DNA of 64,000 nucleotides from contig CAJFCJ010000005.1 of NCBI GenBank assembly GCA_904063045.1, positions 3,935,689 through 3,999,688 of the forward strand, given 5' to 3'. Origin of the DNA: Dimorphilus gyrociliatus (lineage: Eukaryota; Animalia; Annelida). Positions 26,175-40,036 of this stretch are shown here, piece after piece (the stretch's first letter is position 1; each line of letters begins with the position of its first letter). Below the pieces are notes generated by a model, which did not search any database, was not told where the DNA came from, and saw nothing but the letters and a program-made list of their open reading frames with translations. The position numbers were made by a program, and so were the translations under genes.

Positions 26175-29100
26175 ATGAGCAACGCAAGAGAATTGTATCG
26201 ATGGGAGAGATTAACAAAACCCAAGATATATGCTACAAAGTCTCAAGTAAGACAATAACTATTATACTTTGTTAATAGATCTTGAAATCGTATTTCATGC
26301 AGAAAACTACAGATAAAAGTGACATAGAAGACTGGTTAAAGGTAAAGTGCAGAAGAGTGGCTTATTACTTTCTTCTTTATTAAAATATTTTGTGAAACAG
26401 AAAGTTGAAAAAGCATCCGAACAAGCAACTGACGTTGTTCTTGGTGGAAATTCAGTTCCAGTTCCATCTCGTAGCGTTGTACGTAAGAATACGCAAAAAG
26501 ATCTTGAAAAGGCAAGGATCCACAATGCTGCTTACGTTGAAGGTACGATAGAATTCTATAAGAATGTTCTTATTTTTATAAAATATATATTAAAAGGGGA
26601 TTTTTAACAGCTCAAGATTTATTGGACAATTGGATGAAAGAAAAGTTGGTTTTAGACGAAGAAGACGATAGAGAATATTCGGGTCCTTCTGACATTCAAG
26701 TACAGAATGAATGGGATAAAATATTGAACGAATACGAATCAGAAATGATGGCACTAAGAACAAAACCCGATACTAAAAAAGGTCTATATCAGTTTTAGCC
26801 TTTATTTATGTAATTTGAATTGTTTTCAAAACTATTTCAGCTCGTTCTAAATGTTCTAATACATCTAGCAGCCGTGATCCAGCCAATGTAGAGAGCATTG
26901 TTCAGGTAAATTAGTTTTTCATCAGTGTTAAGAGAGTTAATTACCTAATTCATAAACTAGAGTCTCCTTGACAAAGAATATGTTAGCGAATATGTAATTG
27001 ATGATCTAGGCTTAGATGATGACCTTGAAAAGAAAAAGAAAGACCCACGCCTTAAGATGGAGTTAAGGCACGAACAGGTAAAATGAAATTAGTCTATACG
27101 ATTTGTCCAATAATTTTGCTACTAATAAAATTTCTCTCAGGTAAAGAGAAATCGCCTGCAGAGAGAAGCAGAGCAAAAGAAAAAGTTAGAAGAGAAAATT
27201 ATGAAGAAGAATGCTAGAAAGGAAGCAGAAAAGGTTATACGCCAAGAGGAACAAATGAAGAAAAATAAATTTAAAGAAGAAGAAGAGAAAATTAAGGAAC
27301 AGATGATGTACATTAGGAAAGAAATGGAATTTGAAAAACGTCAAAAAGAATTAGCATTAAAAAAGTAACGTAACATTTATATATAATAAAAAGGTTTAAC
27401 AAAAATACTCTGTTTCCTCTATATAGGAAAAAGAGCGAAGAGAATATGCTAAAGAATAAATTAAAACAAAAAATAGAAATCAAAGCTATTAAAGTGGAAG
27501 AAGATGAAACTCATGAAAGAATTGCCTCGATGAAAAAAATATTAATACAAGAACGTCTCATGGCAGTTGAAGAACGCCAGAAACGTGAGAATATGAAGGT
27601 ATCCTGTATAATAGTTACTTATTTTTATTAATTAATTCTAATCAGTTAATTTCTGTTGTAGATTAAACAAAGATATTTTATCGGTTGGTATAATTGCATT
27701 CTACAAAGTCGATTACAACTTGGTAAAGCTAAAGCATTTTATGATTGGAAATGTTTAATGAAATATTGGAATTCGTGGAAACTCTACGCCATTCAACAAT
27801 CAATGAATAAAAAAGCTATAATGCATCAGGAATCTGTTAAAACAGATCAAAGGTAAAAAACAATGCCATGTTTAAAATATTTTCTAATCAATTTCTCTTT
27901 CTCAAATAGGAAGCAAATGATCTCCGTCAAACACTATCATACCACTCTTCTAAGAAAGTGTTTCAATTCTTGGAAGATGTATCTAGAACAAGCTAAAGTT
28001 TCAGATATGTTTGACGTTAGTGCGAATTTACAATTTCTTCTTATCAAAGCTTTATTCAATAACTCTTATCTTCTCTCCTCGCATTTTAACAGGAAAATAA
28101 TGAACGTACTAAAAGTAAAATAAGTGCGTTTTTAGACGCCTTAGAAAATGTTTCTACCGTCCAAAAAGAAGCTAGTAAAGTAAATCCAGTACAAGTAGAT
28201 GATAAGCAATTAGTTGTAAGAATTACTATTATTTTTAAAGACTTTTCCTATAATTGCAAATAACCTATGCCAGATTTTTTTTATCTATTTTCTTTATTAA
28301 ACTTTTTCAGTCGGAATTATTTAATGATAAAAAGGCTCCTAAGAAAGCTAGACCTACATCTGCTACAACTTCAAAACCAAGTATTATTCCTAAGGAAGCT
28401 TGGCAAGTTACAAAGAAACACAATAAGCTTACTAAAGAGCAAATACTGGAAATGAACGAAAGATCTCGAGAAGAGTTGGGTGACGACTTAGTAATAGAGC
28501 AGCAGCCATCTGAGGATGATACTGGTAGAAGTTCAAAAGCGAAGAAATTTCACCCACCTGAAAATTATCATCATAGACATCAAGCTCAACAGAAAATTTT
28601 ATTAGAACAACAAAAAGAGTTAAAGGTATTTTTCTCTTATTTCATCAAAAGCTTTTATTTAAAATAAACACAACTAACTCGTTCGGTTTCTAGGAACAGA
28701 AAAAATTAATTGAGGAACTTCACTATTTACAAAAGCAACAGTTACTCCAACAACAACTTGCGAACAATCAAACTCCAGATTTAATACAAAAACATCTTTT
28801 GGAATTAGAGAAAAATTTAATGGATATTGCGAGTAATTACTCTGATAATCAAGCAGCTCATAGACAAATGCATGAAGATAAACCAACTCTTGAAGGAGAA
28901 TCAGATATAGTTAGTGAACTTCCATCTCAAGCGAGGTAAGTACATTTTAGACAATGTTCTTAATGATATTTTAATTTTAAAGATGTAATCTTTTCCTTGG
29001 TTAGACGGGAGACTATAGAAACTGAAAGATCAGAAGGATCGTCCAATCAGTCGAATAGTTCCAAGCGACATTCAGATTTCCTAAAAGGTTTTCTTTATCT

Positions 29101-30025
29101 ATATTTACTTTTGTTGCATACAATATTCCCTCATTTGTAATACAACTGTATTGTTTAGCAATGGAACAAAGGTCAGCTCAAAGAGCCGCCTTAAAAAAAG
29201 AGAGAGAGACTCGAAGAAGACAAGAAGAAAAGGAAAAACTTTTAAGATTAGAGAGAGAGGCGAACGAAAGAAAGGAAAGAGAAGAAGAGGAGAAAAAGAA
29301 GAGAATCATAGAGCATAGGGAAAGGAAACGACAGGAAATGCTACAACAACAAAAAAAGATTGAAGAACAAAAACGCTTTCAATCTTTAAATCAAAAAGCG
29401 GAGGAGTGGGCAACATTTGCAACAATGAAATTTCGAGGTTGGAAGCCGTGGCGTAGATTTATTCAAATGATAAACGATAGAAAGATACTAGCTGAGGAAA
29501 AACGTAAGAAGACTCTCTTAAAATTGGCTTTTTCCGCTTGGAGTTCTAAATGGCTTTCAATTGAAGAGGATCGTAATAGAAAAGCTAACGAATTCTATAG
29601 GTTCAACTTACAAAAACACTTTATAAAGAGGTGGGAGAAAATTGGTAAATTATCTCAAATAGCCGAAGAAAAAGCAGCAATACATTACAGACAAAAGTTA
29701 TTATCAAAATGTCTTACTTCATGGGTTTCTTATTACGATGAAGAGAAGATTCGTACCTGGAGGATGGAAAATATTGCGGACCAACATAATACAAGGTAAT
29801 ATTAGTAATAATGAAAATGATAATATTATTAATAGTAACAATATATTTAAAATTTTTAGGCGTATTCAATTAACTGCTATAAGATGTTGGCAACGTCTTC
29901 CCCAAATGAAAAGAGCCCAAGAAGAGAGAACAAAAAGACTTTCAAAGATACGTCAAAAGGTCGCTAATATTTTACCAGATTATGATCCAAATAAGAGTGA
30001 TACACCCAGATCATCTATAACTTAA
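26175..30025 (+). CDS. CCDC191: Coiled-coil domain-containing protein 191-like, multi-exon
   Basis: MSNARELYRWERLT...IEDWLKKVEKASEQA, KDPRLKMELRHEQV, long coiled coils and repeated W-containing SFI1-like helices (KCFNSWK, LAFSAWS); GT-AG introns. Confidence 0.75.
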
Positions 30026-30277
30026 AACTATGTTGAAAATGTTTTCCAAGTACAACGGTTTCATGTTCAATCAATAAAGTTTAATTACTCATCTTTTCTC
30101 TTCTTTCATTTGACGTTATTTCAACTTCTTTTTGAATTTAAAATATTAAAATATTTTTAATTAAAAGTAATCAATCCCTTTATTATTATTATTATTTGAA
30201 AACGGTAACATTTTTTAACGAAAAAACCTGATCAAGATCTCTTTCTTTTCTTTTTCATCATTAAAAAATACAGTATT

Positions 30278-31181
30278 ATGCCAAAACGAAAGATTAAACA
30301 GAGATACAATACAAGAAAGAAGGTTAAAAAAGAACAAATACCTCTAATAAGTAATAAAGGATATCATATATATTGTAATATACATATATATATTCATGTA
30401 TTTGCCATTTTACCCAGTTGATGATATATCGGAATTTGATAAAACCTACAAATGCTTAGCTTTTGAAAGAGGTTTATTTGGCTCAAAGGAAGAAAATCTT
30501 GCAAGAGGTGGAAAAATTAATTTACCCGAATTGGTTTTATCTGAAATCGTACGGGAGTCGCTGCCTTGTCCTTATCTTTTCAAACTAACGAATAACGAAC
30601 GCTTCTGTTACTGTGGAGTTAATGAATTCGTCGCTCCTCCAAATACAATTGAATTACCTTCATGGATGTTGGAGAGTCTCAAAATTGAGGAAACGTCTAA
30701 TGTTAAAATTGAATCAGTTGAGCTACCAGTAGGGACATATCTTAAAATTCAACCGCAAGACGTTAACTGGTTAAATATAACCGATTGCAGAGCTGTTCTT
30801 GAGAAATCTTTACGATCCTTTAGTACATTACATAAAGATGAAACGTTTCCAGTAGATTACAACAACAGAACGTATCATCTAAAAGTACTAGAAACATTAC
30901 CAAACGACGCTATTCAAATTATAAACTGCGATATAAATGTTGATATTGAGTTACCCGTTGGCTACGAAAGCGCTAAAATCAAAGATAAAACTCAAGAGAG
31001 AAAGAGAGAAATATCTAATAATAGTAGCACTTATCTTGGCCGTGGATATAGAATTGATGGAAAAATACCAGATTTGTACATTCCTCCCACACCTTCCGGT
31101 ATGGTTCGAGAGGAGCTTAAAAAAGGAAGACCAGATTACAAACATGATATATATGAACTTTGTTTTAAATTAGATAAATAA
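30278..31181 (+). CDS. Divergent UFD1-like protein (p97/VCP cofactor family) with basic N-terminal extension
   Basis: GGKINLP, YLFKLTN..CGVNEF..LPSWM, YLKIQPQ..LNITDCRAVLEKSLRSF, IINCDINVD and SHP-box-like YLGRGYRIDGK. Probable first exon 30278-30350 (MPKRKIKQRYNTRKKVKKEQIPLI) and a 67-nt TA-rich GT-AG intron at 30351-30417. Confidence 0.85.
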
Positions 31182-31340
31182 TAATTTGAAGACTAAACAC
31201 AAACATAAAAGAAACAACAACACTGAAGAAGAAAGATGGAAAAATGTTTAAACAGAGGAAAACGAAGATAAAATTAACAATAATAGATTTTTTTATCATT
31301 TTATTTATCGTATAAAAAAACTAGTTTTATCGTTCTTAAG

Positions 31341-33052
31341 TTATTTATTTGGTTCCGTCCAGCCGGCAATAGATTCTTGTTCTAGATAATTGGCGATAGC
31401 CAAACTTAATCTATCCATGTGGGGAGCTGTAACAATTTGAACTCCAATTGGTACTCTGGACGTTGATGATAGACCTAATGGAATGTTACACGCCGGCAGT
31501 CCCAAAACATTAAATACTCCAGTATACGCCCAGTTAAATGGAACCAAAAGTGGTTCATTGTGATATAAAGCAGGTGTTGGATGAGTTGGGAAAACGAAAA
31601 CTCCATCCTTGCCTAATAGTTTAAGCATATCACTCTTTAATTTTTTGGCTCTATCCTGGAATTTTTTTGCCATATTCTTCGGCATCGGAAATTTTTCGAG
31701 AAAAGCTAGCAATAAAGCGGGAATTGTATGACGAGGCAATCGTAGCACAACGCGTGCTATTTCTTCATACAAATTCCAATTTTTTGACTCTTCAGCCAAT
31801 TGAGCAACGAAAGGTTCTTCTCCAGATTCGCTCATACCAGCAAACCAGAGATTTACGCAATCTTGAAATTCGGGAAGGCTAACTCGATGAACTTCAGCCC
31901 CAATATTTGAAAAATGATCTATAACTCTTTTCAAACCCTGACGGACGTTTGGATGAACAGGTAGTGTTGTAACGCTTCCCTCTGCTTCTTCCATATAGAA
32001 AAATCTCAACTTTCGAACATCGACCTAAAACAAAGTACATCCAGTTTAGATTCTGAATCTTAATCAATAAATTTAAAACGTCCTACATCTTCATCTAACT
32101 TGAGCAGGCCTATCTTGTCAGGATCCGCCATAACTTTCATCATAGGTATTAAATCGGAAGCATATCTGCAAAAGGGGCCAGTAGACAAGAAGTCCTTTCC
32201 TCCCTTTGTAGCAATTGGTACTTGTCCATCGTTGTTAACAATTGCTATTAGAATTTTTAATATATGATAGAATTTTTATTAGAGGGTCTATTAAGAAAGC
32301 AAATTGTTTATTTTTCCCTTACCATTTGTTGGTTTGTGACCGTAAATTCCGTTGAAGAATGCTGGCATACGAATACTGCCTCCGATATCTGATCCTAAAC
32401 CAACTACAGCTCCAGCTGCCGAAACAATACACGCTTCTCCTCCAGAACTTCCACCAACAATACGACAAGTATTGTATGGATTTTTTGTAGTACCATACAC
32501 TAAATTGGACGTTTCCCACCACATACAAAGTTCACTTACGTTTGTGACTCCAAGTACTATGAGACCAGATTGTTTGAGACGAGTAACGACTGGGGCATCA
32601 AAATTAGCTTTAACATTTTTTCGAAGGATGTTTCCAGAAGTCCAAGACATTCCCTTAACTGCAAAGCATTCTTTAAGACATGTTGGCACTCCTAGAAAAG
32701 GCTTATTTTCTATTAAATCTTTTTCGCTAAGATTTCCAGATTCAATCAATTTATCAACTTCTGCAGCCTCGGCCAACGCATCATTAAATCTATAGGCAAC
32801 GACGGCGTTCAACGCTCCATTAACTTGCCTAATTCTCCTAATAAACGCCGTTACTAGTTCTACGCTGGTAATTTCCTTTTCTCTAATCATTCTTGCTAGC
32901 TCTGTTGCCGGTTTGCGTAAGATGTCATTGTCGATATCGGGTATTTGTTGTCGTTTCTTCTCATAATAGAAAGCAAACAAGGGACGAACAATGTAATATA
33001 TCATTCGCAATGCCATACAAATTGACACGAAGAGTAATTTGACGATGTTCAT
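31341..33052 (-). CDS. FAAH2: Fatty-acid amide hydrolase 2 (amidase signature family), 3 exons
   Basis: PFLGVPTCLKE, TKNPYNTCRIVGGSSGGEA, GLGSDIGGSIRMPAFFNGIYGHKPT and YTGVFNVLGLPACNIPLG..PIGVQIV. Confidence 0.93.
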
Positions 33053-33510
33053 TTTTCTAAAGTATGTTTGTTATATCGAATTCATAAGCTAAATGAATTT
33101 ATGTGCAGATTAAGAGTCCACTTGACATTAGTTATCGACAGTGTTCTACCAGTTTATTTTCTTGTTTCAGTATATTTCGCGAGAAGCAAAGTTTTAAGAG
33201 TTTAGGAGATAGAAAACTATCATCAAGTTGAATTTAGTAGTTTAATTTATTAGCTGAAAAAAGTCAGCATTCAAACTGAAAAAAAAAAGAAAACAAAAAA
33301 GAAAATTCATTTTAGAAACAATTGAAAAACGAGACAAAATAGTAAAAACATTGAAATATAAAGTATATAAGGCAAATAAAAAACAAAAAAAATATGACTA
33401 GATAAAACATCATGAAGCCTGTACGAATTAAATTTTTGGTTGTTTTATCAAATAAAGAATGAAGCACTTTAAGGAAAGTCAGAATATCTTTTTGTTATTC
33501 TGTTCTTATT

Positions 33511-34903
33511 CTATTGGCCTTTAACTGGATATAAGAGAGACGTATGCTCGGCCCCTTTAATTGGTAGTTTGTTCAACGAATAGTGTTGAACCATTTGCGG
33601 TATATTTTGAAAAGGTTGAGAAAATTGTCCAAGTATGTAGCAATTATCCCTAATGACGATTTTCATATGCATAAATCCGTGACTACTTCTGTTGAACAAA
33701 TAATAATAATTTTAATAAATTATTCAAGTTTACATAATTTATATCGTTTAAACATTTACTTTAAAGATAAAGAATGATCGCTTCTATCACTCTCACTACG
33801 TCGAATTAGAAAGCTGCCTTCACGGTGATATTTTAGTCTTTTCTCAGCTTCTAGTCTTGATATTGCACCATGATACCACTTTTGTTGTTCCAGTGGTAAG
33901 CTCGTATTACACTCGAAACCGAGATTTAGCCTAGCCATTAGGGCGTTGTTATCCCAAGGTTCATCGTAGTCTTCATCAGGCCTTGAATCTCTTGATTTTT
34001 CACTCGAAATTTGCGATAATCTTGATTGATCCCAAGGTTTATCGTAATCGTCTACTGGTCGTCTATCATTTGCTTTTTTTATTTTTCCTTCTAATTCTTT
34101 CTTGTTAGGTGAACGATCCAGCGATTCGTCATGGCTAGAAGTATTACCAATTTCTCTTACTCTATCACGTTTTAAATGAGTATAGGCGTGATCGTCGTCA
34201 TTCGAAATAACAAGTTTGTTTCGCAAAGCTGCTTTATTATCAGTCCATGGTTCATCATAATCTTGTTTGGGTCTTTGATCGACGTTTGACTGGCCTATTG
34301 TCGGTGGGATTGATGTATTTGGAGCAGGTAGTTTTTGAATGGGAGCATTGGCAGATGCTATTGGCAAGGTATCTTCATAAGCATTATCACGAGATCTCTT
34401 TCCATTTTCCTCTTGTTTTTCTTTAGATAAAAACGTTTCGTTATACATCAATGTCAATTTATCTTAGTGTTAAATATACTTTGTAAAAGCTTCAGGGCTT
34501 CGTATGGCTCTGTATAATCATCTTCATTGCTAATTTGAGAAGACAATCCATCAGTAGTTTTTAAATCTATAGGATCGCTATATTCATCAACAATTGGTGG
34601 CTGACGAATGATAAACATAAATTAATTTTTTTTTAACATTTTGTTCATAATTACTATTTGACAATCAATATTTACTGTATTTTTTACATTTCTTGGCTCC
34701 TTTTGGGGACTATGTTTCTGCTTGGAGCAGACGCTTTCTCTGACTGGAGATGCTCCTGAAACTGAATCAGTGGATGGTCGATCTGAAGCAACGCAAGTTG
34801 TACACGCTTGAGGTGTCGTATAATCAGACAAATAGTCCCTAGTTGGTGGTTGTGGAGGAGCCTTCTTCGAGCCAATACCTAGATGTTTGAGGAATTTCGC
34901 CAT
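33511..34903 (-). CDS. SHB/SHD/SHE/SHF-family SH2 adaptor protein, 4 exons
   Basis: N-terminus MAKFLKHLGIGSKKAPPQPPTRDY, repeated DYDEPW/DYDKPW motifs, and C-terminal SH2 LEQQKWYHGAISRLEAE...FLIRRSE...LPIKGAEHTSLLYPV. Confidence 0.9.
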
Positions 34904-35052
34904 TCTAGTTGTCCACTTCCGACTGATCGCCGAAAGTGCGATGAATATTTCGAGGCCGATGATTGGAGAACATTTCGTTTCACCACTAACGCCATCTTAT
35001 GTAAAACGTTTTTCTCAGTAAAGCAATTGAGGGAAGGTCTTAAACTAGGAAC

Positions 35053-36350
35053 ATGTCGATTGCATATAAAACCTTTAAACATGCCATACCCGAAATTGAA
35101 AGACTATCCGATAGGGTCATACGAATCTTAGGACTGAACCCGAGTTTAATGACGTTGGCTGGTACTAATACATATTTAATAGGAACCGGTAAAAGGTAAA
35201 TAAGTAGTATTCTTGCGCAATATAGCTAAGGTCATTTTAATTTTTAGACGAATTCTCGTTGATACCGGCTCTAAAGGCTTCCCAAAATATATTGAGAATT
35301 TACAGAAAGTTCTCAAGGAAAATGATACTTCGATAGGAAAGATTATAATAACCCATTGGCATAATGATCACACAGGAGGGATTGATGAAATCTATGATAA
35401 TATTCTCAAAAGTGTGTATAAATACTAATAGACTACTATTAATATATTTGATTGTTGACAATATTTTATCTATTATATCCTTTTTTAATTTAGATGATGA
35501 TATTCCCCTATTGAAATTCAAAATGCCCGATGGAAAGGATTCGTCTTTAAAAAAACACTCTAGAACATATCAATTTATCGAAGATAATGACGTTTTTCGA
35601 GTTGATGGTGCAACTTTAAGGTAATACGTCAAAGTCTATGATAGTTAATAGAAAACATACTTTTTCTATTCCGCTAAAGGGCTTTACACACTCCTGGTCA
35701 TTGCGAAGATCATATTATGCTTTACCTTGAAGAGGAAAACGCTCTTTTCTCCGGAGATGCTGTTCTCGGTGAAGGAACAGCCGTTAGTCAAAATAAATTT
35801 CTATTTATATTATTGTGTATTTACTCTGTTATTATTAATATAAACAAACAGGTATTTAATGATTTGTTCGATCTTATGGAGAGTTTAAAAAAGGCTCTGC
35901 GTTTGGAACCAACTGTTCTTTATCCTGGCCACGGACCCTTAGTTACCGAAGTAAAAGAGCATATTGGAGCTTATATAGAGCATAGGAATAATAGGGAAAT
36001 TCAAATTGTAAACTATCTTATGAAGAATGCATCGGATATGCATTCAGCAGAAGAAATTATGGAAGCTATATATGAAGTAAACTTGTCCATACACAATCAT
36101 TCTTTTCTTAAGTTTAAGCACTTTGTTTCAGAATGTTCCATCCCAACTCCATTTTAAAGCTGTTGAAAATGTTCATTTCCACCTTATGAAACTGCTGAAA
36201 GAAAAGAAAACGGGTATAAATAAATTCTTTACAGTTTGATTATTACTTTTATCAATACATTAATATGAATGTACTTTTTTCAAAGAATACAAAGGAGACG
36301 ATTTCTACGAAAGAAAATGGCGTTTAACAAAGTGTATTTCTGCCGTTTGA
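35053..36350 (+). CDS. LACTB2: Endoribonuclease LACTB2 (metallo-beta-lactamase fold), multi-exon
   Basis: [47 protein letters not shown] metal motif, [20 protein letters not shown] and LYPGHGP. Confidence 0.93.
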
Positions 36351-36633
36351 AAGGTAAATAGCAGAAAACCACAATTGTTCCTCGTCTTTTTGATTATCTC
36401 TAAACAAAACCTTGAAATTACTTTTGATATACAAATGAAAATGATTGATTTAATCATATTATCTAAATACATATATACTGTATAATACTGTAGTATATAA
36501 TCAGTATAGTGGTATAATACTTGAAATAAAAGCATGTATACATGTATCAATAATTAATTATTGAAAATTTACCTTCTTCAATTGTTTAATGGTGAAAATG
36601 AAAATTTTCGTTTTATTACATCATTCACTTCCT

Positions 36634-36936
36634 TTAGTGAAGTTGCAGTTCTTGGGGTTGCTCTTTGTTTTCGACTTCTCCTTTCTGGTTGCAGTCGTTA
36701 CTGAATAAAGGAAATTTTTGTGTATTAGACTCTGGTATCTTCTTTTCTAAAAAGAGAAAAAAGACAACTTACACATTTTCGATGTCTACAGGAAATTTTT
36801 CGGCCATCTTCTCTACTATAGAGAAAGTAATGTTCTTTAAATTTCCATTTAAACTAATCAACTCATTCAAAATATTGTTGAATGCTTTGCTTTTAGAAAA
36901 TTCGCTAAACTCGTCGTTATCTTTCATCTGAGTCAT
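36634..36936 (-). CDS. Possible small orphan protein (~76 aa, 2 exons)
   Basis: ORF MTQMKDNDEFSEF...FPVDIENV ends at a GTAAGT donor. An acceptor tttattcag ~76 nt downstream continues in frame (NDCNQKGEVENKEQPQELQLH*). No recognisable domain. Confidence 0.3.
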
Positions 36937-37844
36937 TTTCAGTACGAAACGTAACTTTTTCCCCAATAGTTTTCGAAGTATCTTTGTCTAAAGTCGGTGA
37001 GTGAGTGAAAAGTGTCTTTTATAGACTACAATATTCAACCATATATAAACATACAAAACCACATGGTTGTTTTCTAATTCAATTTTAATGGTTGCTATAT
37101 TGCACAACAAAAATGACTTGTGCAACTATCATTCAATATGTATAAAAGGAAAAACCCATTTTTCTTCTCTATCAACGCTTCTTTAGATTTAACCCTGAAG
37201 TGAATGTAACATATTCATGTTGTGCAACAAGTGTTGAATATTCATCACTGTTATCTTTCACATTAAAACACAAACTTCAAGAGAATAGATATATTTCTAG
37301 TTCATTTTAGTATAAATGACATATGAAATCCTATATTTACTTTCTTTTATCTACTATCTATTGATATTCAAATAATAAGAATTTAGTGTCATACAAATAT
37401 TATCTTTCATATTGTATTAATTTATTTAATGACTGAGCATATGGGGAATATAAAACATACAACAAATGATTATTTTTTATCTTATCAGTATTTTCTACCA
37501 GGCTTTACTATATTAAAATGAATAGAAAGAATGGTAATAATAGAAGTAGGAAGTATTGTTTAATTACTTTCCAGTCTAGTTTATTCATAATGTATATCGC
37601 TTTCTCTTTCTATGGGCGATGTAAAACATTCTCCATATTTATTCCTTTATCTGGCTCCTCTTGACAACTGCTGATTAGATTGTGGAATAATCAACTTTTT
37701 ACTTCATACTACTAGAGTTAGATAAGAGAACATTATGCAGTTTTAGGCCTGCCTTGTTATCATATTAGATATCGTTTGAATTAATTCTCTCAAATTATCT
37801 ACAGAGGTGTACAAGGATATATCTTCTTTAAAAAGTTTGCCAAC

Positions 37845-39640
37845 ATGAAAGTTCTAGGAATAATACTAGTGGCAATTCGTTAGTATTTTTAATATATCTA
37901 TGATTAAAAGCTTTAAAAAACTTGAATATATGAAAGTGAATAAAAAAAGATGACAATGTGTAAAATTTCGATTAAACAGCAGTTTTATTAATTGATTTAA
38001 CAATAAAATATATTGTGATTTGGTTTTATTATTTGTCTGAATTGATTTCAGCCTTGTCATGTCTAGCTGCAATTATCAAAGTACCAGAAAACTATGTCGG
38101 CAAAATAGACGATGATTTTACATTGGAGTGTAAAAGTAATGGGGAACAACGTGATATGAGATGGTTTAATAATAAAGTAAAAATGATAAATACTCCAAAT
38201 GGAGTAAAGGATGAATTTAAGAACAAATATGAAATTGTAAAAGAAGGAGGCAGGTAAAGAAATTTTTCAAAAAAAAATATTTCAGATAAGATATGAAAAC
38301 TGATGATTAATTGTAAATCTTTATATAAGAAACTTGTCGTTTACACCTATTGAAAATTTCTTTCTAGGTTTGACCTTATCGTTAAAAATCCAACTATTGA
38401 AGATGGTGGCATTTATCGTTGTATGGATGACAGCGAAGATAAAGAAGCCGACGCGATTCTTGTCAGTGAGTATATTGTTTATAAACTCTACCCTTCAAAA
38501 TGGAATTAAAAACCCTTTCTTTTTTCTTCCAGCTGAACCGTCTTATTCTTCAAAACCTGAGCGTATAATAGAAAAGCAGAACGTTACTCATACGTGCGAA
38601 AGTCTTATTGGAAGTCCTGAAGATATATCCAAGTACAATATTAAGGTACTTTTCCCTTTTATTTCCTTATCTTATCATTCACTTTACTAACTATTACAGA
38701 TGGAACTTCAATTAGGTGGAAAGGTTGTTCATACAGAAACTAATATTGAAAAACTTAGCAGAGTAACTAACAATCAACATAGACTCAAATTGGTAAACAT
38801 TAACGTTTATACATATCTTTTTTAGAAATATAAAATACTTGAAACAATTGAGACATTATTTGTTTTTATAGGTCTATAGCAGGAATGCTCTCTTCAACGA
38901 TAAAGATGTCAAATGCATTTTATCCGCATACAACCCAGACTTTAAAATTTCTACAAATGCTACTGTCGATATAAAATGTTGGCTAACAACTATACGTTAA
39001 ACACTTTTATTTATTTTTGTCAATTTGCAGATGGACCAAGAGATATGAAAATTGAACCATTTTCTCCAAATTCTGACCTATACATTGGTGACGTATTAAA
39101 TTGTACCGTTGATGCTAATCCAGATGCAGATATCAAATGGAAATCTTGGGTAAAAAACAATTGACATTATATATATATATATAAAAGTAACGTTTATTTC
39201 TATTTATTTAGATTCCTAGTAAACCAAATGTTGCTGGCAGAGATCTTGTCTTAACAAGACAACATGTTGGTTCTAACACGTAAGCAGTTGAATAATAAAT
39301 GAATAAAATTCAATGAATATATATGTAAACGTACGTTTATGTTTTGCATTTTTTGTTGAATAGATACGAATGCATAGCGGAAAATCAACCAAGTAACGTA
39401 GTCGAATCGATTAAGAAAAGAATTGAATTCACAGTTTGTAAGTAGTATACAAACAAATTTTTTTAATTGAAATTTATATAGTTTGTTTTCCTTGTAATAT
39501 ATTATACAGTATATTAATAAATTTTCTATATTTCAATAGTGGATCGAACCAGACCAGTTCAAGCTTCAAGTTCAAAAATTGCAACTAATTTGTTTCTGTT
39601 GTCATCCAGTTTATATTTCGCTAAAAATTTATTATTTTAG
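37845..39640 (+). CDS. Three-Ig-domain cell-surface protein with signal peptide and GPI-signal-like C-terminus, ~10 exons
   Basis: Signal peptide MKVLGIILVAIP. Ig1 FTLECK..WF...EDGGIYRC, Ig2 VTHTC...KC..VDIKYGP, Ig3 LNCTVDANPDADIKW...YECIAEN. Tail ASSSKIATNLFLLSSSLYFAKNLLF* with no cytoplasmic segment. Confidence 0.8.
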
Positions 39641-40036
39641 TTTAGACATGCTATTTAAATATTTCTAAATTTAATTAGAAGAAAATAGTGTTTTCAGTAC
39701 TTCATGTATACTGTATACAGGACATATATAATTTACACACACATATATATATATAATACTATTTTCTATTTTGTAAAGTAATGTCTTGTACAATTCACCT
39801 TCTATTATTTAAATCCTTTTTCTAATTAATAAATTTCCAAGTGATTCAAACATGTCTCTTATCATCGTTAGAATATTTTACTTCCTATTTGTTTAAACTA
39901 TTAGTTATAAAAGACCCCATCAACGGTTATAAATAGAAAATGGAAATTACGCGCTCTGTCTATCTAGGTGGGGTTTTGAGTCATATTTATAACCATACTC
40001 CCTAGCGCGACACTCATAACTAGGAAAGCCAGCAAC

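Noticed and set aside
30358-30366. Possible AAG|GATATC GA donor in the UFD1-like gene
   Set aside because: A same-phase canonical GTAATA donor lies at 30351, so the GA site is unnecessary.
32352-32795. 147-aa plus-strand ORF
   Set aside because: Antisense shadow of FAAH2 exon 1.
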